Source: Candidatus Eiseniibacteriota bacterium (GTDB taxonomy: Bacteria > Eisenbacteria > RBG-16-71-46 > JABDJR01). From it: a DNA stretch of 64,000 bases. The notes under the pieces were generated by a model. The model made no database searches, had not been told where the DNA came from, and saw nothing but the letters and a program-made list of their open reading frames with translations. A program made the position numbers and the translations under genes. Location of the stretch: positions 531,072 to 595,071 of the forward strand of contig CAWANH010000029.1 in NCBI GenBank assembly GCA_963783375.1, read 5' to 3'. Positions 8,959 through 17,732 of this stretch are shown here, piece by piece. Position 1 is the stretch's first letter. The number at the start of each line of letters is the position of its first letter.

Positions 8959-9981
8959 CTAGAACTGGGTGAGGAACCGGAGGTCGTTCTCGAAGAAGAG
9001 GCGAATGTCCGGGATGCCGTGGCGGAGGATGGCGATTCGTTCCACCCCCATCCCCGCCGCATAGCCGCTCACCGTCTCGGGGTCGTAGCCCACGTTCCGG
9101 AAGACCTGGGGATGCACCATGCCCGCGCCCAGGATCTCGATCCAACCGGTCTGCTTGCACAGCCGGCAGCCCTTCCCCAGGCAGAGGAAGCAGGTGATGT
9201 CCATCTCCGCTCCCGGCTCCACGAACGGGAAGTAGCTGGGGCGGAACCGCACGTCCAGATGGCCGCCGAAGAGCTCGTGGGCGAAGGTGGTGAGGGTGCC
9301 GCGCAGGTCCTTCATGGTGACCCCGCGATCCACGTACAGAACCTCCACCTGATGGAACTCCGAGGAGTGGGTGGCGTCGGGGGTCTCGCGGCGGTAGACC
9401 CGCCCCGGGAAGACCGCGCGCACCGGCGGCGGACCGCTCTGCATGACCCGGATCTGCACCGGCGAAGTGTGGGTGCGAAGCACCACGTCGTCGGTCATGA
9501 AGAACGTGTCCTGCATGTCCCGGGCCGGGTGGCCCTTGGGGAGATTCAGGGCCTCGAAGTTGTGATAGTCGTCCTCGACCTCGGGGCCGCGGGCCACCGA
9601 GAACCCCATGCCCCGGAAGATGTCGAGGATGCGCTCCTCGGTCTGGGTGATGAGATGCGCGTGCCCGATCGCCGGGCGGACCCCGGGGAGGGTGGGATCC
9701 TCATCGGGTTCCCCCCCGGCTCCGGCCAGTTCGCCCTCGCGCCGCGAAAGGGCCGCCTCCACCGCCTGCTTGGCGCTGTTGGCGGCCTGGCCCACCTTTC
9801 CCCGTTCGGCCGGAGCCACGTCCTTGAGGCTCCGCAGCACCGCGATGAGGGGGGATTTCCGGGCGAGGTGCTTGATGCGGGCGGCTTCCAGGGCGGCGGG
9901 GTCCGAGGCCCCGGCGATCTCCCGGAGGGCCTCGTCCCGGATGCGCTGGAGTTCGCCCAGGACCTCGGTGGCTTCGGGCAC
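8959..9981 (-). CDS. pheS: Phenylalanine--tRNA ligase alpha subunit
   Basis: The 340-aa product contains class II aaRS motifs, FRPSYFPFVEPGAEMDI...GAGMVHPQV. Confidence 0.92.
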   Translation of the reverse strand: MPEATEVLGELQRIRDEALREIAGASDPAALEAARIKHLARKSPLIAVLRSLKDVAPAERGKVGQAANSAKQAVEAALSRREGELAGAGGEPDEDPTLPGVRPAIGHAHLITQTEERILDIFRGMGFSVARGPEVEDDYHNFEALNLPKGHPARDMQDTFFMTDDVVLRTHTSPVQIRVMQSGPPPVRAVFPGRVYRRETPDATHSSEFHQVEVLYVDRGVTMKDLRGTLTTFAHELFGGHLDVRFRPSYFPFVEPGAEMDITCFLCLGKGCRLCKQTGWIEILGAGMVHPQVFRNVGYDPETVSGYAAGMGVERIAILRHGIPDIRLFFENDLRFLTQF

Positions 9982-9985
9982 GACG

Positions 9986-10348
9986 CTAGGAAGCGGCGGC
10001 CGACCCGCGCGCCACCGCGGCGAGTTCCCTGAACGCGGCGGCGTCCTTCACCGCCAGCTCGGCCAGGACCTTCCGGTCGATGGTCACGTTGGCCCGCTTC
10101 AAGCCGCTGATGAAGGCGCTGTAGGACATCCCGTTCTCCCGGGCGGCGGCGTTGATCCGCACGATCCACAGGCGGCGGAAATCGCGCTTCTTCCGGCGGC
10201 GGTGCTCCCAGGCGAACTGGAGACCGCGCATCACGGTTTCGTTGGCGCTCTTGAACAGCCGGGAACGACCGCCGACGGCCCCCTTGGCTTCGGATAGGAC
10301 TTTCTTCCGCCGGGCGCGACCCGGCACAACTCCACGTGCGCGTGGCAT
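9986..10348 (-). CDS. rplT: 50S ribosomal protein L20
   Basis: MPRARGVVPGRARRKKVLSEAKG...LWIVRINAAARENGMSYSAFI. Confidence 0.92.
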   Translation of the reverse strand: MPRARGVVPGRARRKKVLSEAKGAVGGRSRLFKSANETVMRGLQFAWEHRRRKKRDFRRLWIVRINAAARENGMSYSAFISGLKRANVTIDRKVLAELAVKDAAAFRELAAVARGSAAAS

Positions 10349-10450
10349 CTCGTTTACCTCCTGCCCGGTATCCGGCCGAAGGAGCGACCGCCGGTGGCGG
10401 GCCGCCGGCGACCCCGGAGGGCGCCTTCTCGGCAGGTACGGTGTACGGGG

Positions 10451-10648
10451 CTAGCCGTTCGGCAACATCCGTTTGACGCGATCCTGGTCGGCGGGCGACA
10501 CGGTGGTGGCCTGACGCAGGTTGCGCTTCCGCTTGGTGTCTTTCTTCGTGAGAATGTGCGAGTGGTACGCCTTGCCGCGCTTCACCCGCCCGCTGGCGGT
10601 GAGCTTGAAGCGCTTGGCCGCGCCCCGCTTCGTCTTCATCTTGGGCAT
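10451..10648 (-). CDS. rpmI: 50S ribosomal protein L35
   Basis: [33 protein letters not shown]... from the internal start at 10648. The track ORF extends to 10696. Confidence 0.88.
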   Translation of the reverse strand: MPKMKTKRGAAKRFKLTASGRVKRGKAYHSHILTKKDTKRKRNLRQATTVSPADQDRVKRMLPNG

Positions 10649-10682
10649 CTCGACTCCTCGTTCCGGCCTCCCGGATCCCGGT

Positions 10683-11360
10683 CTAGGGGGCGGCATCCGT
10701 CGGCTGAGCGCCGGCCGGGTCCGCCTCCTCGGGCTTATCCGCCTTTGCGGCCGTTTCGACCTGTTCGGGCTTCGCGGCTTTTGCGGACTTTTCGGTCTTT
10801 TCGGGCTTCTCCGCGTCCTCGGGCTTTTCGGGCTTGAGGCGGTCCTTGCGGGGCATCATGTACATGGTCATGGTGTAGCCCTCCATGCGGGGAGGGTTCT
10901 CCACCTGAGCGATGTCGGCCAGCGCTTCCGCCGCCTGGTCCAGAAGCACCCGGCCCAGCTCCGCGTGGGCCATTTCCCGGCCCCGGAACATCACCGTGAA
11001 CTTGACCTTGTTCTTCCCCTCCAGGAAGTCCCGCGCGTGGTTGACCTTGAAGTCGAAGTCGTGGTCGTCGATCTTCGGGCGGAACTTCACTTCCTTGACC
11101 TGGATCCGGTGCTGGACTTTCTTCGCCTTGGCTGCTCGTTTGCTGAGCTCGTACTTGTACTTGCCGAAGTCCATGATCCGGCAGACCGGCGGCGACGCGT
11201 TGGGAGAGACCTCGACCAGATCCATCCCCTTCTCCCGCGCGAGCTTGAGCGCCTCGTACGAGGACATGACGCCGACCTGGCCTCCCTCCTCGTCCACCAC
11301 CCGAACCTGGGGGATCCGGATGCGTTCGTTGACCCGCACGCTTTCTTCTTTCTTGGCTAT
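10683..11360 (-). CDS. infC: Translation initiation factor IF-3. The likely start codon is AUA at 11360, with GTG at 11339 as the alternative.
   Basis: ...[24 protein letters not shown]...[12 protein letters not shown]... The ATA at 11360-11358 has a perfect GGAGG located 8 nt upstream, while the GTG at 11339 lacks a Shine-Dalgarno sequence. The acidic and basic C-terminal tail is lineage-specific. Confidence 0.85.
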   Translation of the reverse strand: MAKKEESVRVNERIRIPQVRVVDEEGGQVGVMSSYEALKLAREKGMDLVEVSPNASPPVCRIMDFGKYKYELSKRAAKAKKVQHRIQVKEVKFRPKIDDHDFDFKVNHARDFLEGKNKVKFTVMFRGREMAHAELGRVLLDQAAEALADIAQVENPPRMEGYTMTMYMMPRKDRLKPEKPEDAEKPEKTEKSAKAAKPEQVETAAKADKPEEADPAGAQPTDAAP

Positions 11361-11684
11361 TCCCGTAACCTCCTGTTTCGGCTCCCCGGGGACCCCGGCG
11401 CCTCACGGCGAGGGCGCTTCCCGAGAGAGTTCATGATTCCTGCGGGCCGGGGTTTCCGGTCCGTCCTCCGCACCCAAAGGAAAAGCGGAGCGCGCCTGGT
11501 GGCGTCCGCTCCGCTCGTGCCGTCCAACGTCGGCCTCTCCGCGCCGGAGAGAACCTCCCCGTTCCGCGGGACCGTGGTCGGCCAGAAGCGCCCCCTGAGG
11601 GGAACCCGGCGAGCAGGCGGTCCGGAGGCGCCGGACCCGCTGCGGGTGAGAAGCAAACGCCTCTACTTGCGCAAGCCCTATATC

Positions 11685-13598
11685 CTATTGGCGGGCCTTG
11701 ATCTCGGCAAGGACTTTTTGGAGGAACACCCCCCGGTCCAGGGCTCCCAGGTCCCCCTCCCCGTGCCGGCGGACGGACACCGTCCCCGCTTCGGCATCCC
11801 GGCGGCCCACCACCAGCATGTAGGGGACCTTGAGGAGCTCGGCATCCCGGATCTTGGGGCCGATCTTCTCGTTACGCTCGTCGACCTCCACCCGCACCCC
11901 GGCTTCGGCCAGCTCCTCCCGCACCGATTCGGCGTACTCGAGGTTCTGCCGGCTGATCGGGAGCACCTTGACCTGGGTGGGGGCCAGCCAGACCGGGAAG
12001 TCCCCGGCGTAGTGCTCGATGAGGACCCCGAAGAACCGCTCGATCGACCCCAGCAAGGCCCGGTGGATCATGTAGGGGCGGTGCTTCTCCCCGTCGTCCC
12101 CGATGTAGGTCATGTCGAACCGCTCGGGCTCGTTGAAATCGAACTGGATGGTGCTGCACTGCCAGGACCGGCCGATGGCGTCCTGGATCTTGATGTCGAT
12201 CTTGGGGCCGTAGAAGGCTCCCCCCCCCTCGTCCAGATCGAAGGGGAGGCCGGTGGCCGTCAGGGCCTTCCGGAGGGAGGCCTCGGCCGCCTCCCAGCGC
12301 GCGGGCTCCCCCACCGCCTTCTCCGGACGGGTGGAGAGGTAGAGATCGAACTCGGTGAAGCCGAAAGCCCGGAGCATGTCCAGGCAGAATCGCAGCACCC
12401 GGTCGATCTCCTCATCCATCTGATCCGGTCGGACGAAGAGGTGGGCGTCGTCCTGGGTGAAGCCCCGCACCCGCATGAGGCCGTGGAGCACACCCGGCAT
12501 CTCGTAGCGGTAGACCGTTCCCAGCTCCGCCCAGCGCATGGGGAACTCCCGGTAGGAGTGGAGCGAGTTCTGGTACATCTTGATGTGGAACGGGCAGTTC
12601 ATCGGCTTGACGTAGAACTCCTGCTCGTCCATCTCCATGGGCGGGTACATGAACTCCCGGTAGAAGCCCAGGTGTCCCGAGACCTCCCACAGGCTCGAGC
12701 GGCCTACGTGAGGGGAGTAGACGATCTCGTAGCCGTTCCGGACGTGCTGCTCCCGCCAGTAGTCCTCGATCACCATGCGGACGCGCCCGCCGCGGGGATG
12801 CCAGAACACCAGGCCGCCCCCCACATCCTCGTGGAGGGAGAACAGGTCCAGTTCCTTCCCCAGCCGCCGGTGGTCACGCTTCTTGGCCTCCTCCAGGCGA
12901 TGGAGATAGGCCTCGAGCTGCTCCTTGGTGTACCAGGAGGTGCCGTAGATCCTCTGGAGACGATCCCGCTCGGAGTCGCCCCGCCAGTACGAGCCGGCCA
13001 CCGAGAGAAGCTTGAAGGCATGGAGCCGTCCGGTGGAGGGGAGATGGGGGCCGGTGCAGAGGTCCACGAAGTCGCCGTGCTGATAGATCGAGACCTCGGG
13101 GTCCTTGATACCGTCCAGGATCTCAACCTTGAACCGGTCGCCCCGCTTCCGGAACTCGCGGACCGCCTTCTCCTTCTTCACCATGGTCTTGGTGAAGGGG
13201 AGGTCCCGGTCCACGATCTCCTGCATCTTGGCCTCGATGGCCCGGAGGTCGTCCTCGGCGAAGGGGCGTTCGGTCTCGAAGTCGTAGAAGAAGCCGTCCT
13301 CGATGGCGGGTCCGATGGCGTACTTGGTCCCCGGGAAGAGATCCTCGACCGCCGAGGCCATGATGTGGGCCGAACTGTGACGGTAGAGGTCGCGGCCTGC
13401 GGGGTCGTCGAAATCCACCGGCTTCACCTCGGCCCCTTCCGCCGCCGGTTCGTACAGGCCCGTGAGGACCCCGTCGACCTTGACCGCGTAGACGTCGGGC
13501 GAGGCGCCGGCCTCTCGCACGACATCCCCGTAGGTGGCGCCGTCGGCGAGATCCATCTCGCGTTTCCCGTCCGGCATGAGCACGGTGACCTTGGGCAT
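11685..13598 (-). CDS. thrS: Threonine--tRNA ligase
   Basis: The 637-aa product has a TGS domain, HSSAHIM editing motifs and a class II core. Confidence 0.93.
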   Translation of the reverse strand: MPKVTVLMPDGKREMDLADGATYGDVVREAGASPDVYAVKVDGVLTGLYEPAAEGAEVKPVDFDDPAGRDLYRHSSAHIMASAVEDLFPGTKYAIGPAIEDGFFYDFETERPFAEDDLRAIEAKMQEIVDRDLPFTKTMVKKEKAVREFRKRGDRFKVEILDGIKDPEVSIYQHGDFVDLCTGPHLPSTGRLHAFKLLSVAGSYWRGDSERDRLQRIYGTSWYTKEQLEAYLHRLEEAKKRDHRRLGKELDLFSLHEDVGGGLVFWHPRGGRVRMVIEDYWREQHVRNGYEIVYSPHVGRSSLWEVSGHLGFYREFMYPPMEMDEQEFYVKPMNCPFHIKMYQNSLHSYREFPMRWAELGTVYRYEMPGVLHGLMRVRGFTQDDAHLFVRPDQMDEEIDRVLRFCLDMLRAFGFTEFDLYLSTRPEKAVGEPARWEAAEASLRKALTATGLPFDLDEGGGAFYGPKIDIKIQDAIGRSWQCSTIQFDFNEPERFDMTYIGDDGEKHRPYMIHRALLGSIERFFGVLIEHYAGDFPVWLAPTQVKVLPISRQNLEYAESVREELAEAGVRVEVDERNEKIGPKIRDAELLKVPYMLVVGRRDAEAGTVSVRRHGEGDLGALDRGVFLQKVLAEIKARQ

Positions 13599-13650
13599 GG
13601 CCGTCTTCCTCCCGGGGCTCGCGACCCGGCCGGGGCGAAGGGCCGCGGGC

Positions 13651-13686
13651 GGGCCGGAAACAGAGACGCAGGCCGGGGGCCTGCGT
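13651..13686 (-). terminator. Candidate intrinsic terminator downstream of tRNA-Val
   Basis: A 9-bp GC stem (13666-13674 with 13678-13686) has a 3-nt loop. It is followed on the minus strand by UCUCUGUUUCC, a weak U tract. Confidence 0.3.
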
Positions 13687-13764
13687 GCGTCCTGCTCCGA
13701 GTGTAGGTTCGGGGTCAGGGGTCAGCGGCGGAGGCGGACCCCGCGCCCCCCCCTCGAACTGACC

Positions 13765-13841
13765 TGGTGGGCGATACTGGATTCGAACCAGTGACCTCTT
13801 GCATGTCAAGCAAGCACTCTAACCAACTGAGCTAATCGCCC
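13765..13841 (-). tRNA. tRNA-Val (anticodon GAC)
   Basis: The cloverleaf was read manually: GGGCGAT acceptor, anticodon loop TTGACAT, T-loop TTCGAAT and an encoded CCA. Confidence 0.9.
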
Positions 13842-13909
13842 TTGAAAGCAAGGCCGGGAAGGATACCAGAGCGCCGGAAGGTGTCAAGGGAGCCGGGGCC
13901 GGACCCTAT

Positions 13910-14209
13910 CTACCACTCCTCCTCTTCCTCTTCTTCCTCCTCGTCCTCGTCCTCATCGTAGTCGTCGTCGGAGTCGTCCCAGTCCTCGTCATCGTCGTCG
14001 TCGTCATCGTCGTCGTCGTCTTCCTCGTCCTCATCTTCCTCTTCGTCTTCGAACAGCTCCTCGTCGTCCTCTTCGTCGATCATATACACCTCGTCGCTCC
14101 CGCATTCGGGGCAGTAGCGGATGACCTCGTCCGGATTCTCTTCGCTGACCTCTTTCTCGAAGGTGGTTCCGTCCTCGTCCGTGTACCCGCAGTTGTCACA
14201 CTGCCACAT
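13910..14209 (-). CDS. Zinc-ribbon protein with a roughly 55-residue poly-Asp/Glu C-terminal tail
   Basis: MWQCDNCGYTDEDG...RYCPECGSDEVYMIDEEDDEE...(D/E)n...EEEEEEEEW. The start ATG at 14209 is preceded by GGGAGGGAGAGAG. The track ORF extends to 14359. Confidence 0.7.
   Translation of the reverse strand: MWQCDNCGYTDEDGTTFEKEVSEENPDEVIRYCPECGSDEVYMIDEEDDEELFEDEEEDEDEEDDDDDDDDDDDEDWDDSDDDYDEDEDEEEEEEEEEW
13915..14085 (-). repeat. GAN trinucleotide simple-sequence repeat (GAG/GAC/GAT/GAA) encoding the acidic tail
   Basis: The plus strand reads ctcctcttcctcttcttcctcctcgtcctcgtcctcatcgtagtcgtcgtc...gtcgtcgtcgtcttcctc. This is a low-complexity triplet repeat. Confidence 0.8.
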
Positions 14210-14492
14210 GCTCTCTCCCTCCCGGTCTGGCCGATGGCCTGAACCCCCACCGGAGCACATGAGGGTACTACAGACGCCCCGCGACGATTCCAGCACTTTC
14301 TCACTGGCATCCGGCGGCGCGGCGGCTGGGCAGCCCGGTCGGGCTCGGGGGGGCGGCATCGCGCATAATTGTATATGTCACAAATACTTGTGGCTTCGAC
14401 TCTCTCTCCCGCCAGGGGGACCGGTCCCCCCTCTACATCTCCCCCCACCGGACGGGAGACCGTCTCGCCTCGCCTCGCGCGGCACCTTTGAG

Positions 14493-14569
14493 TGGTGCCC
14501 CCGGGGTGACTCGAACACCCGGCACGCGGTTTAGGAAACCGCTGCTCTATCCACCTGAGCTACGGGGGC
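14493..14569 (-). tRNA. tRNA-Arg (anticodon CCT)
   Basis: Manual cloverleaf: GCCCCCG acceptor, anticodon loop TTCCTAA, T-loop TTCGAGT and an encoded CCA. Confidence 0.88.
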
Positions 14570-14635
14570 CAAGTCGTAACCAACGGTATGGCAATGGAAT
14601 CAAGGATGCTAGCAGAGCGGAAGAAAGCCCAGCAA

Positions 14636-14680
14636 GGCGGAAACGGGAGGGGGGAGCACCGACGCCCCGGCGCTCCCCCC
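14636..14680 (-). terminator. Candidate terminator hairpin downstream of the hypothetical gene
   Basis: GGGGGGAGC at 14649-14657 pairs with GCTCCCCCC at 14672-14680. It is followed on the minus strand by UCCCGUUUCC. Confidence 0.3.
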
Positions 14681-14694
14681 CCCGAATCCATGCG

Positions 14695-15960
14695 TCAGGC
14701 CGTGGTCGTGTTGGCCAGATAGAGCTTTCGCAGTTGGATCCCGTCCAGTTCGAAGATCCCGATCTCGTGGGTGATCTGGCGCCGCCCCGGCTTGCCCGAC
14801 TGGGTCCATGGGAAGACCTCCTCCAGGGTTCCGAACCAGGTCGCCCGCCGGCGGTTGAGGATCAGCTTCCGGTCGGTGGGGAGCTTTCCGGCGGCGGCGA
14901 GGTCGAGCGTCGCCGGGTCCACCGCCAGGTCCTCGATGAGCGCGCTCAGGGCCGGGTCCTTGGGAGGACTCAGTGCGAGAGAGAATCCCTCCCCGCGGAG
15001 TTGATACCCCCCTTCGATCTTCACCACGAAGGCGCCCACCGCCACCCGCTCCACCCCCTTGAACGTCTTGTCCCGGTCGTAGCGGATGCCGCTCCCGTCC
15101 ATGTAGCCCACACCCCCCGGGTCCGCGGTGGTCGGAGGAGCGCTCCCCGCGACCACCGGCAGGATGTCCATGTCCAGGTTCACGTCCGGAGTGGCCTGGG
15201 CGTCGCGAAGGATCCGATCCACGTGGTATCGGTGACCCTCGGTGCGGGAAAGATCGATCTGGAAGGTGACGGCGGCCGCGCCCCGCTCCCCCTTCACCAG
15301 ATCCTCGAGCGAGTTCTCGTGGAGCCCGGGAATCCGGATGTAGGCATGATCCACCACCGCGCCCTTCCCCTCCCAATGAGGCCAGCCCACCACGGTCACC
15401 GACACGTAGCGGGAATCGTCGGGGTTCAGCAGCTTCCCGAACGCGCTCTGCGCCGGAGCCGGGCGGGCCGCGCGTTCCATGACCGCCCCGAAGTCCGGGA
15501 CGGCTCCGTATCCGCGGTTGAGGTGGTCGTGGATGATCGCTCCCATCGCGATCAGGACGGCCAGAACCCCGGCGAAAGCCAGGGGCAGAACAACCTTCAT
15601 CTTCGGGGACGGAGTCAGGCCGTGCTGGTGGAGGACGGAGATCGTGGACAGATCCTCCCCCGCCGGGGTCGCGTCGCGGGTCTTGGCCGACGAGGCGTCC
15701 GCGTGGGTTCCAAGATCCTCCACCTCGACCGGATGGTAGCCGAGCCCCTCGGCCTTCTCCCTCAAGGCGGCCAGGGCCTCCGGGGCCAGGGGTGGGGTGC
15801 GGATCGCGGTATAGAGGAAGTTGACCGGCTCGAACGCCCCGAGGCCCAGCTCATCGGCCAGACGGCCCGCTTCGCTCTCCCCCCGGGTGAGCCCGCTGAT
15901 TTCCACCGTCCCCTTCCGGTCGACCCGAACTTCCAGCGTGTGGGCATGCGTGGTCGTCAT
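14695..15960 (-). CDS. Hypothetical bitopic membrane protein. It has a cytoplasmic N-domain, one TM helix and a large extracytoplasmic domain.
   Basis: The ATG at 15960 is preceded by AAGGGAG. The product is 421 aa with a TM segment KMKVVLPLAFAGVLAVLIAMGAII. I recognise no domain. Confidence 0.55.
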   Translation of the reverse strand: MTTTHAHTLEVRVDRKGTVEISGLTRGESEAGRLADELGLGAFEPVNFLYTAIRTPPLAPEALAALREKAEGLGYHPVEVEDLGTHADASSAKTRDATPAGEDLSTISVLHQHGLTPSPKMKVVLPLAFAGVLAVLIAMGAIIHDHLNRGYGAVPDFGAVMERAARPAPAQSAFGKLLNPDDSRYVSVTVVGWPHWEGKGAVVDHAYIRIPGLHENSLEDLVKGERGAAAVTFQIDLSRTEGHRYHVDRILRDAQATPDVNLDMDILPVVAGSAPPTTADPGGVGYMDGSGIRYDRDKTFKGVERVAVGAFVVKIEGGYQLRGEGFSLALSPPKDPALSALIEDLAVDPATLDLAAAGKLPTDRKLILNRRRATWFGTLEEVFPWTQSGKPGRRQITHEIGIFELDGIQLRKLYLANTTTA

Positions 15961-16081
15961 CTTCAGAACTCCCTTCTGAATCCGAAGCCGGGCGCGATCT
16001 CCGCCCGCATGCGTGGAGCACCTCGATCCAAACATCCCACCTCCCCACCCCCGGGAGCCCCCCAAAATGTGGAAATGACAT

Positions 16082-17732
16082 ATGCCGGGAAGCGGGAACC
16101 CCCGCGGGGGAGCGCTTGACACTCCCTCGAAACTACCGGATCATGAACGGCTTACAGGCTCCGCGAGGGGTTCGGGCAGCCGCCCGGGCCGGTTGCGGAA
16201 CCGAATCGGGTTCCTCCCGAGGCTCGTCCGTCATTCCGTCACCCAACCAACCGACTTGAGCCAGACCAACTCCCAGTTCCTTCGCGGACTTCTCACCCTC
16301 ACCCTGAGCCGCTATTTCGTCCGGGCCCTGAGCCTCGTCAAGGGGCTGGTGGTGGCGCGGGTCCTGGGGCCGAACCTCTACGGGGTGATGGGCCTGCTGG
16401 CGGTGTTCCTCGGCTACAGCGCCTACGCCGACCTGGGGATCTTCGGGGGGCTCACCAAGGAAGTCCCGGTCCACCTGGCCCGCAAGGAGGACGACAAGGT
16501 CCGGGAGGCCGAGGGCGCGGGCTTCACCTCGGTGACCCTCTTCACCCTCGTCTTCTCCCTGGTGGTGATGGCTGGCGCTGTGGGGAAGGACGCCGGACAT
16601 CACGCGGGCGCTTCCCGCGCTGGTCTTCGCCATGACCTCCCAGCAGGTCTTCAAGTACTGCACGGTGCTGCTCCGGGCCCGAAGCCGGTTCTCGGAGACC
16701 GCGGTGGCCTGGAGCGCGCTCCAGGTCCTGGACATGGGGCTCGAGCTGGCGCTGGTCTTCCCCCTCCACATCACCGGCGTCTTCCTGGGCCAGGGTCTGG
16801 CGTTTCTCGCCGCCTCGGCCTTCATCCTCGCCCGGAACGGGCTGTTTCCCCGCATCCACCTGAACTTCCGCATCTCCGGACGCCTGGTGGCCGCCGGCAT
16901 TCCCCTGGTGGTCTCCACCCTGACCTTCCTGCTGCTTCAGACCGTGGACCGGTTCCTCATCGCGGGCTACCTCGACACCACCGCGCTCGGCCACTACATG
17001 ATCGGGGTGTTCTGCGCCAACCTCATCTACTTCATTCCGGAGAGCCTCGGCTACGTGCTGTTTCCGAACTTCCGCGAACGATTGGCCGGCCTGGCCCACG
17101 GGGAGCTTCCGCCGGTGCGCTACATCGAGCTCCCCACCCGGATGCTTTCCTACGTGCTTCCCCCCTTCACCGCGATGGTGTTCCTGGGCATCCCGGTGAT
17201 CGGGCTCCTCCTCCCCGCCTACGTTCCCGGGCTGAACAGCGCGCGGATCCTGGTTCTGGGCACCTTCTTCCTGTCCCTGGTGACCAGCGTCACCAGCTTC
17301 CTGATCGCCGCCGACCGTCACTGGAAGCTCATGGCGGTCCAGGCCGGCGCGGTGGTCGCTGGATCTGGCCTGAACATCATCGCGCTCAAGACAGGGCGAC
17401 GGAATCGAGGGGGTAGCCCTGGCCACCGCGATCAGCTACGTGTTCTACGCCACCGGCTTCGCTCTGGCTCTCCTATCGCTACCTCCGCTTCTCGCTGCTC
17501 CGAAGCCACCCCGAAACTCCTGCGCCTCTACGCGCCCTACCTGTACGTGCTGGCCGCTTGCCTCCTGGTCGTCGGCTGGTATCCCCTGGGGTCGGGGGCG
17601 GTGCTGGGCACGGTGCTCCTCCGGGAGGCGCTGTTCCTGACCGCGCTCCTTCCCGGTGTATGGCTGTTGCAACGCACCACCGGCGCGGTGAGCGAGGTGG
17701 TGGGGATGATCCGGAAGGCAATCCAGGCATGA
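16082..17732 (+). CDS. Polysaccharide biosynthesis / Wzx-type flippase (MOP superfamily), disrupted by apparent frameshifts
   Basis: Three reading frames together give a Wzx-like protein: LRGLLTLTLSRYFVRALSLVKGLVVARVLGP... then ALPALVFAMTSQQVFKYCTVLLRA... then KLLRLYAPYLYVLAAC. The frame changes lie near 16580, 17400 and 17495. The N-terminal start is uncertain (ATG 16082 or TTG 16265). Confidence 0.6.

Noticed and set aside
10521-13706. A 1061-aa plus-strand ORF
   Set aside because: It is antisense to thrS and infC and its translation is low-complexity Arg/Gly/Pro-rich. It is a shadow ORF typical of high-GC DNA.
13599-13764. A T-box or other riboswitch leader upstream of thrS
   Set aside because: I saw no T-box consensus (AATTAGGGTGGNACCGCG-like) and no specifier or antiterminator arrangement. 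Only a short GC hairpin is present, which I annotated as a possible terminator of tRNA-Val.
13123-13809. A minus-strand ORF overlapping tRNA-Val, and similarly 39207..39551 over tRNA-Gly and 14080..14448 over the zinc-ribbon gene
   Set aside because: They overlap tRNA genes or a better-supported CDS in another frame.
16082-16264. N-terminal 60-aa low-complexity extension of the flippase from ATG 16082
   Set aside because: It is Pro/Gly/Arg-rich with no TM helix and may not be translated. An internal TTG at 16265 gives a typical Wzx N-terminus, but the start cannot be settled from sequence alone.
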